A stretch of 64,000 nt of DNA from an uncultured Eubacteriales bacterium (lineage in GTDB: Bacteria; Bacillota; Clostridia; Christensenellales; CAG-138). The stretch covers positions 20-64,019 of the forward strand of contig UQGA01000010.1 in the NCBI GenBank assembly GCA_900540495.1. Direction: 5' to 3'. The notes beneath the pieces are model-generated. The model worked only from the letters and a program-made list of their open reading frames with translations. It had not been told where the DNA came from and did not search any database. Position 1 is the first letter of the stretch. Each line of letters opens with the position of its first letter. Below, in pieces: positions 50,648 to 59,495 of this stretch. The position numbers and the translations under genes were made by a program.

Positions 50648-51103
50648 TTACAGCAGGCGCGCCCGCCAGCCATCGTCCTCCAGGCTATAATAGAACTCGC
50701 TCAGATCCTGTTCTTCAAACACGCGCAGTAACTCCAAAAAATCCGGCGTCAGACGGCAACCGGACAATTCCTCCCTGTTCGCCCAGAACACGCGCCCCTC
50801 TGTGGAAGAGGCCAGCGTTCCGCGGAAGCGGTCCGCAAAAAAGAGCAGTACGACATAACGTGCGCCTGTGCCCGTCTCAAACTGTTTGACCCCGACAAGC
50901 CGTGGGCGCTCGATGGTAAGCCCGGTTTCCTCGCGCACTTCGCGGATGGCCGCCTCTACAAACGATTCGCCGCGCTCCACATGGCCGCCCGGCAACAGGA
51001 CGCCCGGCCATTCGGGATCGACCCGATCCTCCAGAAGCAGGCGTCCTTCGCCATCCTTCACAAGGCACATGACGGTAAACTCCGCCCGTTCCGTTCGCTC
51101 CAT
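50648..51103 (-). CDS. NUDIX hydrolase (MutT-like)
   Basis: Nudix box GGHVERGESFVEAAIREVREETGL. Confidence 0.85.
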   Translation of the reverse strand: MERTERAEFTVMCLVKDGEGRLLLEDRVDPEWPGVLLPGGHVERGESFVEAAIREVREETGLTIERPRLVGVKQFETGTGARYVVLLFFADRFRGTLASSTEGRVFWANREELSGCRLTPDFLELLRVFEEQDLSEFYYSLEDDGWRARLL

Positions 51104-51192
51104 ATCGCGCTCTCCCCCTGATTCGTAAAAGCGTCGCCGGGAGCACCCCGGCGGCGCCAGACCATATTATGCTCCGCCTCTCAAGGATGGCC

Positions 51193-52449
51193 TTATTTGG
51201 CGAGCACCTTTTTGAGCTTGGCAAATCGTGGCAGGCCGTTTTCGTGTACCAAATCCGGCGATCCCTGGATGAGCGGCAGCACATAGTCCACAAATTCGCT
51301 CGTCACCCCATTGCCGCGTGCGTTAATCCACTCCAGCGGTACTTTTTTCTCGGCGTTTGCGGCCTCGGCAAGATCCACAAGGCGGATGTTGCAAACATAA
51401 CGGCCGTTCTTGTCGAAGCTGCGCTCGAGGCCGACCATCTTGTCCGTCACGCCCGCGACGGCGGCGTATTCCACCGCCTTCTGGCCGGAGAGGAAAGCCT
51501 CCTCCACATCCGTCTCAGAGGCGCAGTGCGCCGCACAGCGCTGCAGCAGCGACAGTTCGATGCCGCGAATCTTGGACACGCCCAGCTTCTCTCGCACGAT
51601 CGCCACGAGCGTAGCGGCAAGTCCGCCGAGTTGCTTGTGGCCGAAGGAATCAACCGCCGTTTCTCCCTGCGCCGCATACTCGGCGATGAGCTTCCCATCC
51701 CGGTCGTGAATCCCCTCGGATACGGCGATGATGCACTTGCCACGTTTGCGATAGATGCGCGATACATCGGCAAGGAACGAATCCAGATCAAAGTCGACTT
51801 CCGGCAGATAGACCAGATCCGGGCCCTGTCCCAGGTAAGACGCGACCGCCGCGCTGCCCGCAAGCCATCCGGCATGACGGCCCATGATCTCAATGATGCA
51901 GATCATGGAGGTGTCGTAGACGAACGCATCGTGATACAGCTCCCTGCAGCTCGTGGCCACATACTTGGCGGCAGATGCAAACCCCGGGCAATGGTCGGTC
52001 CCCCAGAGATCGTTGTCGATCGTCTTGGGCACGCCCATGATGCGGCACTCGTACCCCTGCTGCTGCATGTACTTGGAGATCTTGTTGCAGGTATCCATGG
52101 AATCGTTGCCGCCGTTGTAGAAGAAATAGCGCACGTCGTACTTCTTGAAGATTTCCAGAATGCGCTGATAATCGGTCTCATCCTCGCTGCTGTCCTTGAG
52201 CTTATAGCGGCAGGACCCGAGAATGGACGACGGCGTGTGCATCATGAGGGCCAACTCCTCCGGATCCTCCTGGCCCATATCGTACAACACATCGTCCAGC
52301 ACGCCGCGGATGCCATGCGCAGCGCCGTAAACCTTCGTGATGTTTGGGTTGTCCAGTGCCGTTCGGATGACGCCGTACGCGCTGGCGTTGATGACCGCAG
52401 TGGGGCCGCCGGACTGGCCGATGATGCAAGCGCCCTTTAACTGACTCAT
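51193..52449 (-). CDS. pfp: 6-phosphofructokinase, probably pyrophosphate-dependent type
   Basis: GQSGGPTAVINAS and PKTIDNDL motifs are present. The GGNDS motif has Asp at the position that is Gly in ATP-dependent enzymes (GGDGS). Confidence 0.85.
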   Translation of the reverse strand: MSQLKGACIIGQSGGPTAVINASAYGVIRTALDNPNITKVYGAAHGIRGVLDDVLYDMGQEDPEELALMMHTPSSILGSCRYKLKDSSEDETDYQRILEIFKKYDVRYFFYNGGNDSMDTCNKISKYMQQQGYECRIMGVPKTIDNDLWGTDHCPGFASAAKYVATSCRELYHDAFVYDTSMICIIEIMGRHAGWLAGSAAVASYLGQGPDLVYLPEVDFDLDSFLADVSRIYRKRGKCIIAVSEGIHDRDGKLIAEYAAQGETAVDSFGHKQLGGLAATLVAIVREKLGVSKIRGIELSLLQRCAAHCASETDVEEAFLSGQKAVEYAAVAGVTDKMVGLERSFDKNGRYVCNIRLVDLAEAANAEKKVPLEWINARGNGVTSEFVDYVLPLIQGSPDLVHENGLPRFAKLKKVLAK

Positions 52450-52591
52450 AGTGCTCAGTATCCTCCATTATTCTTCTTAGTCCTTGCCCATTTTAGCACA
52501 AACCAATCGGGAAACCAACAGGAAATTTCGGGATTCCCGGATAAGTTTGGGCTGGTTGCGCGAAAATTGCAAAGCATGTATAATGATTCGC

Positions 52592-53632
52592 ATGAAACCG
52601 ATTCGACGCATTGCATCGATACTGTGCCTGTTTTGCTGCGGCATCCTGTGCGCCTGCAGCAGCGCCGGCAGGAATGCCGGCCCGGTCGAACGGACGCTGT
52701 TTGCAATGGATACATTCGTGATGCTCACCGCCTACGGTGAGGCGGCCGACGATGCGCTGACGGCCTGTGCCAGCGAGCTGCAACGGCTGGAAGGCCTGTT
52801 TTCGGCAACGCAGGAAACGAGCGATATCGCCCGGCTCAATGCGTCGGACGGCACGGCGGTCGCCGTGGACGACGATACGGCTGCGCTGTTGCAGCAGGCA
52901 ATCGCCCTGTCGGCGCAAACCGGCGGTGCATTCGATCCAACGGTCTATCCGCTGATGCGCCTCTGGGGCTTTGGCGAAGACCCGTCCGTACCGGACGCCC
53001 ATGAGATCGAGTCGATGTTGACGCTGGTAGGCGCCGGCCGCATCACGCTTGCGGACGGGTGCGCGTCACTGCCAACGGGCATGGGCGTGGATCTTGGCGG
53101 TATCGCCAAGGGGTATGCGGCGGACAAGCTGTCCCATCTGCTGGCGGACGCCGGGGTGGAAAGCGCGCTGCTCTCGCTGGGTGGGAACGTCTCTGCGGTG
53201 GGAAGCAAACCGGATGGTTCCTCCTGGCGCATCGCCGTGCGCGATCCGGCCGATGAAACCGCCATCGTCGGCGTCGTGGAGGCCTGCGATCTGGCGGTGG
53301 TCACATCCGGCGGCTATCAGCGCTACTTCGAACAGGACGGCGTACGTTACCACCATATTCTCGACCCGGACACCGGCTACCCAGCGGACAGCGGGCTTGC
53401 CTCATCGACCGTCATCGCAAGCAGCGGCACGAAGGCCGACGCGCTTTCCACGGCGCTATTTGTCATGGGGCCGGAGGATGCGATCGCCTATTGGCGGGAA
53501 TACGGGAGCGGCGAAGACGGGTTTTCGTTCGTACTCGTCACCGACGGCGGTGAGGTGCTTTACTCCGAGAACGCCCCGTTTTCGCCGACGGTAGAACGAT
53601 CCAGAAGAATTGTTGCGCAGCCCGCTCAGTAA
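52592..53632 (+). CDS. apbE: FAD:protein FMN transferase (ApbE family) lipoprotein
   Basis: ORF trimmed to MKPIRRIASILCLFCCGILCAC (lipobox); ATG 52583 is an alternative. MDTFVMLTAYG, DLGGIAKGYAAD and YHHILDPDTGYP motifs are present. Confidence 0.85.
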   Translation: MKPIRRIASILCLFCCGILCACSSAGRNAGPVERTLFAMDTFVMLTAYGEAADDALTACASELQRLEGLFSATQETSDIARLNASDGTAVAVDDDTAALLQQAIALSAQTGGAFDPTVYPLMRLWGFGEDPSVPDAHEIESMLTLVGAGRITLADGCASLPTGMGVDLGGIAKGYAADKLSHLLADAGVESALLSLGGNVSAVGSKPDGSSWRIAVRDPADETAIVGVVEACDLAVVTSGGYQRYFEQDGVRYHHILDPDTGYPADSGLASSTVIASSGTKADALSTALFVMGPEDAIAYWREYGSGEDGFSFVLVTDGGEVLYSENAPFSPTVERSRRIVAQPAQ

Positions 53633-53656
53633 TCGGGCTGCCGGGAAGGAACTCGC

Positions 53657-54310
53657 ATGGAACAAAAACGCAACATCACCATTATCCTTGCTGCGCTTGC
53701 GTTAGTGCTGGTCGGATGCCTGCTGCTGATCGCAGAGTTGACGGGCTGGCGTCCGGAGGCCGGGCAGTCGCAGCAGCAGGCGGCCGGCGAAACCCCGATC
53801 CCCTACGCGGAAGGCGCCGCGTTCGATGTTGCCTCTGCGCCGGACTTCGCCTTTGCCGGCAGCGACGGCGCGTTCGCAAGCCTGTACGATCACCTTGGCA
53901 CACCGATTCTCGTGCATTTCTGGAACGGCGACGGCGACGCAGTGGTGGAGGAACTGCATGCGCTCGATCGCGCCTTTGCAAACTACGGCGAGGACGTACA
54001 GTTCCTCATCATCCATACAGCAGGCGAGCAGTCGCAAAACGAAGCAAAATCGCTCTTTTCACGCGAAGAGCTCAAGCTGCCTCTGTTTTTCGATGCGGAT
54101 GGCAGCGCGCTGGACGCCTGCGGCGCGATGCAGCCGCCGGTCACCTATTTTATCGATGCGCAAGGGTTTGTCGCCGCCGCCTCGACGGGCAGCATCGATG
54201 AAGATACGCTGTCCTTCGGGCTTTCTCTGCTCAACGGCCCCGGGCAGGATGAGGCGGCGCCGGCACCTTCGGCCGCCACAGCTGCACCATCAGAATCGCC
54301 GTCAGCATGA
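53657..54310 (+). CDS. membrane-anchored TlpA/ResA-like thioredoxin-fold protein lacking the CXXC motif
   Basis: N-terminal TM followed by a redoxin-like pattern (PILVHFW...LPLFFDADG...PVTYFIDAQGFV). The WCxxC position reads WNGDGDAV. Confidence 0.6.
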   Translation: MEQKRNITIILAALALVLVGCLLLIAELTGWRPEAGQSQQQAAGETPIPYAEGAAFDVASAPDFAFAGSDGAFASLYDHLGTPILVHFWNGDGDAVVEELHALDRAFANYGEDVQFLIIHTAGEQSQNEAKSLFSREELKLPLFFDADGSALDACGAMQPPVTYFIDAQGFVAAASTGSIDEDTLSFGLSLLNGPGQDEAAPAPSAATAAPSESPSA

Positions 54311-55160
54311 GTGCGCTGCCCAGGAGTTCTCTTGGCCGCATGGATTCATGGAGCAGCAGCGACGCAAACAGAACGGAAAAGACGGACTCCATGCTCATCA
54401 GCAACGAGGCCACAGGCGCCGGCACGTGCCGCTGCCCGAGCATCTGGAACGTATAGGCGATCCCGCAGGAGAACACGCCTACAAAGGCGATTGGCTGCCA
54501 GGCGGCAAGGATATCCGCCACGGCCGGCCGTTCGACCGTCAGCATCGGCAACAGGCCCAGCAGCCCTGCCACGAGAAATTGCAGACAGGACATGCGCAGG
54601 CAGTCCACGCGCGATGAAAAGCGGTCGATGACGAGGATATGCACCGAAAAGCAGACGGCGCAGCCGATCAGATAAAGATCACCGGCGGAGACGGTCACAT
54701 CCTCACCGACGCAGAGCAGATACATCCCCCCCAGCGCCACGACAACTCCCACCCATACGGAAAGTCCCGCTCGCTTTTTAAGAAAGATGCGCGCCAGCAA
54801 CGGTACGAGCACAATGTACAACGAGGTAATGAACCCGGACTTGCCTGCGCCGGTGCGCTCGATGCCGCACTGTTGCAGGTAGCTCGCAAAGAACAGCGCC
54901 AGTCCGCACAGCGCGCCGCCCAACAACAGCGACCGGCGATCCGGTTTCCGCCCGCTGCCCGCCTTTGCGGCGCGCAGGTCGGACACGGCAATGGCCGGCA
55001 ATAACGTCACGGCGCCCAGCAGAAAGCGCAACGCATTGAAGGTATAGGCGCCCACATGGCGGCCTGCCACGCTCTGCGCGGAAAACGCAGCGCCCCAGAT
55101 GAGCGCCGCAAGCAGGAGCATCAACGCGCCTGCCGCCGTTTTTTTATCCCAGTAACCCAT
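54231..55160 (-). CDS. DMT-superfamily (EamA) transporter
   Basis: ORF trimmed to MGYWDKKTAAGALMLLLAALIWGAAF. It has ten-TM EamA-repeat architecture. The 3' end overlaps the convergent 53657 gene by 80 nt. Confidence 0.8.
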   Translation of the reverse strand: MGYWDKKTAAGALMLLLAALIWGAAFSAQSVAGRHVGAYTFNALRFLLGAVTLLPAIAVSDLRAAKAGSGRKPDRRSLLLGGALCGLALFFASYLQQCGIERTGAGKSGFITSLYIVLVPLLARIFLKKRAGLSVWVGVVVALGGMYLLCVGEDVTVSAGDLYLIGCAVCFSVHILVIDRFSSRVDCLRMSCLQFLVAGLLGLLPMLTVERPAVADILAAWQPIAFVGVFSCGIAYTFQMLGQRHVPAPVASLLMSMESVFSVLFASLLLHESMRPRELLGSALMLTAILMVQLWRPKVPAPPHPARGR

Positions 55161-55217
55161 GCGGCTTACTATACGACATCTTTCATAAAAATGCAAGAGC
55201 CGGCCGCGCTCGTCCCG

Positions 55218-55745
55218 TCATTCCGAAAAGCCGACGCGACGCAGCGCCAGTACAAGCGGCGGCACGAGCAGCAGCTGGGCAATGATACCCGGCCAGGCAT
55301 TCAAAAAGGCGCCGGCCAGAAACGCCTGCATGCTCATCGCCCCGGTAATGCAATACGTCGCAGCCGCCCAAACGATGCGCCCCACGAGCATGGAGACGAC
55401 GAGCGCAACATACAGCATCGGCGTGTTGCGGGGCAGCCGGCGATACAGCAGCCCCGTGCAGCAACCGTAGGCGGCCAGTTCAAATGCCATCGCCAACGCG
55501 GTCGGGAACATTGGCGGCATGGCAAACAGCAGGCTGCGCAACAGCGGCGTAACCGCGCCAACGGCAAGGCCCCACGGCCAGGAACAGACGAACCCGCACA
55601 GCAGCACGGGCAGGTGCATGGGCAGCAGCATACTGCCAAACTGCGGGATCTGTCCCGTCAAAAACGGCAGCACAAGTCCGAGCGTCAGCAGCAATGCCGC
55701 AAAGGCCAGCGTGCGGATCGTATGGGCGGCGGGTCGTTGTGCCAT
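55218..55745 (-). CDS. ECF transporter S component (substrate not assigned)
   Basis: 175-aa six-TM protein. LPFLTGQIPQFGSMLLPMHLPVLLCGF is a pattern I associate with ECF S components. Confidence 0.7.
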   Translation of the reverse strand: MAQRPAAHTIRTLAFAALLLTLGLVLPFLTGQIPQFGSMLLPMHLPVLLCGFVCSWPWGLAVGAVTPLLRSLLFAMPPMFPTALAMAFELAAYGCCTGLLYRRLPRNTPMLYVALVVSMLVGRIVWAAATYCITGAMSMQAFLAGAFLNAWPGIIAQLLLVPPLVLALRRVGFSE

Positions 55746-55767
55746 AAAAAATTGCCTCCAAAATCAT

Positions 55768-55925
55768 AAAAATCACGCCATACAGGCGATCGCCGCATTT
55801 TGCGGCGGGCGCAGCCTTCATGGCGCAATCGGGTGTTCCATATGCGGGGATGTGCGAAAAGCACTTGCGTTGCCGGCTTGTGCCGGCTTTTTATATAGTT
55901 TACCAGTTCCCCCTGCAAGTGTCAA
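55768..55925 (-). promoter_or_regulatory. promoter plus terminator/antiterminator-type leader upstream of the ECF S-component gene
   Basis: On the minus strand, TTGACA (55925-55920), a 17-nt spacer, then TAAACT (55902-55897). Then follow a GCCGGC-ACAA-GCCGGC hairpin and a long imperfect stem CGCCATGAAGGC...GCCTGTATGGCG (55825-55776) followed by TGATTTTTAT, just before the RBS GGAGG. Confidence 0.45.
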
Positions 55926-56495
55926 GGCGCCGGGCACCGAAAGGCATCTTCCGAATACGCTTTACGGCCTGTTGACAGGGCGAAAATGCGCCGCCGTCTG
56001 CAACGGAACAGATTCCGCCAATGCCCGGTGGCGTTCGTCCCGGATCGATATGCGGCGGCAAATCGGGTGGCTTGTAACGACGGCCGGCACAGCGGCGCTC
56101 CGTTCCGGGCGGAGACAACACGGATGCGCCGAAATATGGATGAACCACCTCGGCCAACCGCCGATTTCCGAAGCAGGCAATCAAGGAGCGCGGCAGGCGC
56201 GCGCAGAAGCCGTGGGCGCTCGCGCCAAAGATATGGCCGTGCCCCCGAGGCAAAACCTCTTATCGAAGAATCGATCGGACTGTACCCGCGGTATCGCAGC
56301 ACTTCGGTCTCAAACGCCGGCAGGGCGCGGCGCAAGAACTGCATCCCACCCGCGCAAGTCGAGCGGAACAAACTGCATGCAGCCGGCCGGATGCCGCCCC
56401 CTTAACCCGGAAATCCGCGGGGCAACCGGCTCCCGCAGGCGCATCGGATACGGCGCGTCCAAATTTTGTTCAACCGGAACGGCGCCGCTTCCCCC

Positions 56496-57458
56496 TCATG
56501 CCACATCCAGCAAGGCGTCACAGGGGTCCAAAAACGGCGGCACGTGTCCGGTTCCCACACAGGTCTCATAACTCATGGCAAAATAGTGAAGGTCCCCCCG
56601 GTCCCAGGTGGGGTCGGCGTAATACCAGGCGCCGTCCAGCAACAGGCGGTTCCACTGGTGCTCGGCGTCGGCGGTGCCGTCGCCGTCGGTGTCGGCGCCG
56701 CCGCCGACCAGATAGCTTTCGATCCCAACCTGGGTGAGCAGAAGCTGGTACAGCGCCGCATACGTCTGACAGAATGCAGCGCCATTCGTCACCGCATCGT
56801 ATACGGTCAGGCGCATATCCAGCTCGTAATGCAGATTTTCCACCACAAAAAGATATAGCGCCTCCGCACAGTCGCGCTGCGACATCCCCGGCGTACAGCG
56901 ACCGAGCGCCTCCGCCATGCGGTCGGCAAACGCCTGCATGAGCATGCGATGTGTCCCGGCGTCGTACAGGTAGCGGATGGATACGGTATGCGTCGAAGCG
57001 TCGAACGAGAACGGCCCTTCTCCCAGCGTAAAGCGCGCGTCGTACAGCAGCATCTTCTGCGGATACAGCGCATGGACCGTGCGCTCGATGCGCCCGTAAT
57101 CCGCCGCATCGGAAAGGATCACGCTCGTCTCCCCCGCCGCAATCGCGGCAAGCAGGCGGCGGTAGTCGTCAAGGCTTTCCCCGAGGAACTCCTCCGCATA
57201 GCCCGGCAGCCGCATCGGGTCGTACGTCGGTATTTGCGCAAGCGGCGTCGTCTCCGGCGACGGGCTCGGCGCCGTCACAGGCGCAGCGGTCCCGTCCGCG
57301 GCGGGCCGGGGGCTGGCTGTGCCGGCGTTTGCTACGGCCGTCGCCGCCGGCGTCGCTTCGGCCGGTACAACTGCCGCCGGCGCAGACGCGCACGCAAGCG
57401 AGAGCGCCAGCATGGCGCAGGCAGCAGCGAGCAGGGGCATTTTTATCGCACGATTCAT
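56496..57458 (-). CDS. transglutaminase-like (Cys-His-Asp) lipoprotein
   Basis: ORF trimmed to MNRAIKMPLLAAACAMLALSLAC (lipobox; ATGA overlap with the mutY stop). It has an Ala/Pro-rich linker and a putative triad in AAFCQTYAALY, EHQWNRLL and YYADPTWD. Confidence 0.7.
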   Translation of the reverse strand: MNRAIKMPLLAAACAMLALSLACASAPAAVVPAEATPAATAVANAGTASPRPAADGTAAPVTAPSPSPETTPLAQIPTYDPMRLPGYAEEFLGESLDDYRRLLAAIAAGETSVILSDAADYGRIERTVHALYPQKMLLYDARFTLGEGPFSFDASTHTVSIRYLYDAGTHRMLMQAFADRMAEALGRCTPGMSQRDCAEALYLFVVENLHYELDMRLTVYDAVTNGAAFCQTYAALYQLLLTQVGIESYLVGGGADTDGDGTADAEHQWNRLLLDGAWYYADPTWDRGDLHYFAMSYETCVGTGHVPPFLDPCDALLDVA

Positions 57459-58471
57459 AAACAGATCCGATAGGCGGTCGGCAGGGAATGCACCGTCTCG
57501 TCGAGCCATACCCATCCCTGCGGCAGTGGATGGAGCTCCACGTCCAGCGCGCAGACATGCAGGCGCCATTCCACATGGGTAAAGATGTGTTTCCGTTCGT
57601 AGAAACGCCACGTACCGAGCGGACGCGCTCCCCAGGCGTCCAGCCTTGCGGCAGCCTGTTCCGCCGTGAGCGCGCCCGGCGCATCCGGCAGTTGCCAAAG
57701 CGAAGCAAGCAGTCCCTGCGCTTCCCGGCGATAGCCGGCGACCGCGCCCGTTGCATCGCGCAGCACAAACACCGTCCAATCCTCCACGCGCCGCGTGCGC
57801 TTAGCGGCGCGTACGGGCAGGAGCTGTTCCCGGCCGGCGGCAAGCGCGCAGCAGTCCGCCCGCAACGGGCAGTCCCCGCAATGCGGCGCGCCGTTTGGCA
57901 AACATACCGTCGCGCCGAGCTCCATGAGCGACTGGTTGAACGCGCCGGGCCGGTCGTGCGGAATGCAGGACAGCAGCCGGCTGCGAACCGCGCGGCGAAC
58001 GGCCGGATCGAGCACATCCGCATCGTCATTCGTCAGGCGCGCCATGACGCGCAGCACGTTGCCGTCCACGGCGGGCACGGGAATGCCAAAACTGATGGAG
58101 GCAACGGCGCCTGCCGTATACTCGCCCACGCCCGGCAGTGAGAGAAGCGCCTCATAGTCCGCAGGTATGCGGCCGTCAAAGCGTTCCATGACCTGCTGCG
58201 CCGCCCGCTGAAGGTTGCGGGCGCGGCTGTAATAGCCAAGCCCCTCCCAGAGCTTCAAAAGGCGGCTTTCCTCCACGGCGGCAAGCGCCTCCACCGTGGG
58301 CAATGCGGCGAGAAACCGCGACCAATACCCACGGACGGCCTCCACACGGGTCTGTTGCAGCATGACCTCGCTGATCCAGACGGGGTAAGCCTCCGTTGTA
58401 TGCCGCCACGGCAGGTCGCGCGCTGCAGCGGCGTACCAGTCGAGCAGGCGTTCGATCCAAGAATACTCCAT
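57455..58471 (-). CDS. mutY: A/G-specific adenine DNA glycosylase
   Basis: ORF trimmed to MEYSWIERLLDWY. LPWR...YPVWISEVMLQQTRV, an HhH-GPD region, a 4-Cys cluster (C..C..C..C) and a C-terminal NUDIX-like domain are present. Confidence 0.9.
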   Translation of the reverse strand: MEYSWIERLLDWYAAAARDLPWRHTTEAYPVWISEVMLQQTRVEAVRGYWSRFLAALPTVEALAAVEESRLLKLWEGLGYYSRARNLQRAAQQVMERFDGRIPADYEALLSLPGVGEYTAGAVASISFGIPVPAVDGNVLRVMARLTNDDADVLDPAVRRAVRSRLLSCIPHDRPGAFNQSLMELGATVCLPNGAPHCGDCPLRADCCALAAGREQLLPVRAAKRTRRVEDWTVFVLRDATGAVAGYRREAQGLLASLWQLPDAPGALTAEQAAARLDAWGARPLGTWRFYERKHIFTHVEWRLHVCALDVELHPLPQGWVWLDETVHSLPTAYRICL

Positions 58472-58545
58472 ATCGAAAACAGTATACCACAAATGGAAAA
58501 ACCATGGTATAATGGCTTCAATTTGTTGAGGGAGAATCATTGGTT

Positions 58546-59118
58546 ATGGAACTGGATCTGAACGTCATTCATGAGCAGGCAACCGAAGCCGCGCGCCTGC
58601 TGCTCTCCTCCGCCGCGCCTGCGCCCGGTGCGCTGTGCGTCATCGGCTGCTCGACGAGCGAAATCGCGGGCGAGCGCATCGGCTCCGCCTCCAACGCGGA
58701 GGTGGCGCGCGCCGTCATGGACGGGTTGCTTCCCGTGCTGCATGGCGCCGGGTTGTTCGTGGCGGTACAGGGATGCGAGCATATCAACCGCGCGCTCTGT
58801 GTTGAGCGCGCATGTCAGGAGCGGTTCGGCCTTGCGGAGGTCTGGGTGGAGCCGTGGCTGCATGCGGGCGGCGCATTCTGCACGGAGGCGGCCGGCCGCT
58901 TTGCCGATCATGTTATGGTCGAGGATCTTCGCGCGCAGGCCACGCTCGGCATCGATATCGGCGGCACGCTCATCGGCATGCATCTGCGCCCGGTCGTCGT
59001 TCCCATCCATGCCGCATTGCGGCGTATCGGCAGCGCGACGCTGGTGCTGGCCAAGTCGCGTCCGCGCTATGTAGGCGGTCCGCGCGCGCATTATCCTGAC
59101 CATACGTCAGATCACTGA
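58546..59118 (+). CDS. TIGR01440 / UPF0340-family protein
   Basis: VIGCSTSEIAGERIGSASN...AVQGCEHINRAL...GIDIGGTLIGMH is the conserved pattern of this family. An extended -10 element TGGTATAAT lies at 58505-58513. Confidence 0.8.
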   Translation: MELDLNVIHEQATEAARLLLSSAAPAPGALCVIGCSTSEIAGERIGSASNAEVARAVMDGLLPVLHGAGLFVAVQGCEHINRALCVERACQERFGLAEVWVEPWLHAGGAFCTEAAGRFADHVMVEDLRAQATLGIDIGGTLIGMHLRPVVVPIHAALRRIGSATLVLAKSRPRYVGGPRAHYPDHTSDH

Positions 59119-59201
59119 GCCGCAATTTCGGCCGGTCGATAGAGAAATTATGAATTTTTTGCCGAATTTGCGCGATTTATCAAAATTATTCATAAATATG
59201 T

Positions 59202-59231
59202 TTGCAATTTTCGGTAAACTTGTTCTATAAT
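59202..59231 (+). promoter_or_regulatory. strong candidate sigma-A promoter
   Basis: TTGCAA (59202-59207), an 18-nt spacer, then TATAAT (59226-59231), inside an AT-rich block. Confidence 0.55.
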
Positions 59232-59237
59232 AGCGTT

Positions 59238-59463
59238 GGTGTCCGCGCTTCGGGTCTGTGGTTGCAAATCGATGCCAGTCGCAGGCAAAACGATCCACGT
59301 AAGCGAACGAAATAGTCCGTGAGCATGGTGCGGCTTAGACGTTAGTCCAACCGGCGCATCTTTGCGTCGAGAGGGGTAGTAGTGGGGAGCTAAATGCTTA
59401 TGAGCGAACCCTCCAGTTGGCGGGTGTGGGGGCAAAGACCAGGTCAGCCGAACCCCGGATGCC
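59238..59463 (+). ncRNA. structured RNA of unknown class (long 5' leader of the zinc-ribbon gene or an independent sRNA)
   Basis: The element begins about 7 nt after the -10 hexamer. The 5' arm (59238-59263) and 3' arm (59437-59463) form an imperfect helix of about 25 bp. An internal hairpin reads GGUGCG..UUAGAC-GUUA-GUCCAA..CGCAUC. There is no ORF with an RBS inside. Confidence 0.4.
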
Positions 59464-59495
59464 AAAAAACAAAAGTCGAAGGGGAAAAAGTCAAG

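Noticed and set aside
52556-52584. TTGCGC-17 nt-TATAAT as the apbE promoter.
   Set aside because: The hexamers are good, but the predicted start site would fall on or after the candidate ATGs (52583 and 52592). This would imply a leaderless mRNA. That is possible, but too uncertain to list as a feature.
55926-56495. A cobalamin or TPP riboswitch feeding the ECF S-component gene from further upstream.
   Set aside because: There is no B12 box (GCCACUG) in the right order relative to a GGUG..AAUCC element, and no CUGAGA / ACCUGAUCUGGAUAAUGCCAGCG TPP core. A good promoter at 55897-55925 lies downstream of this region.
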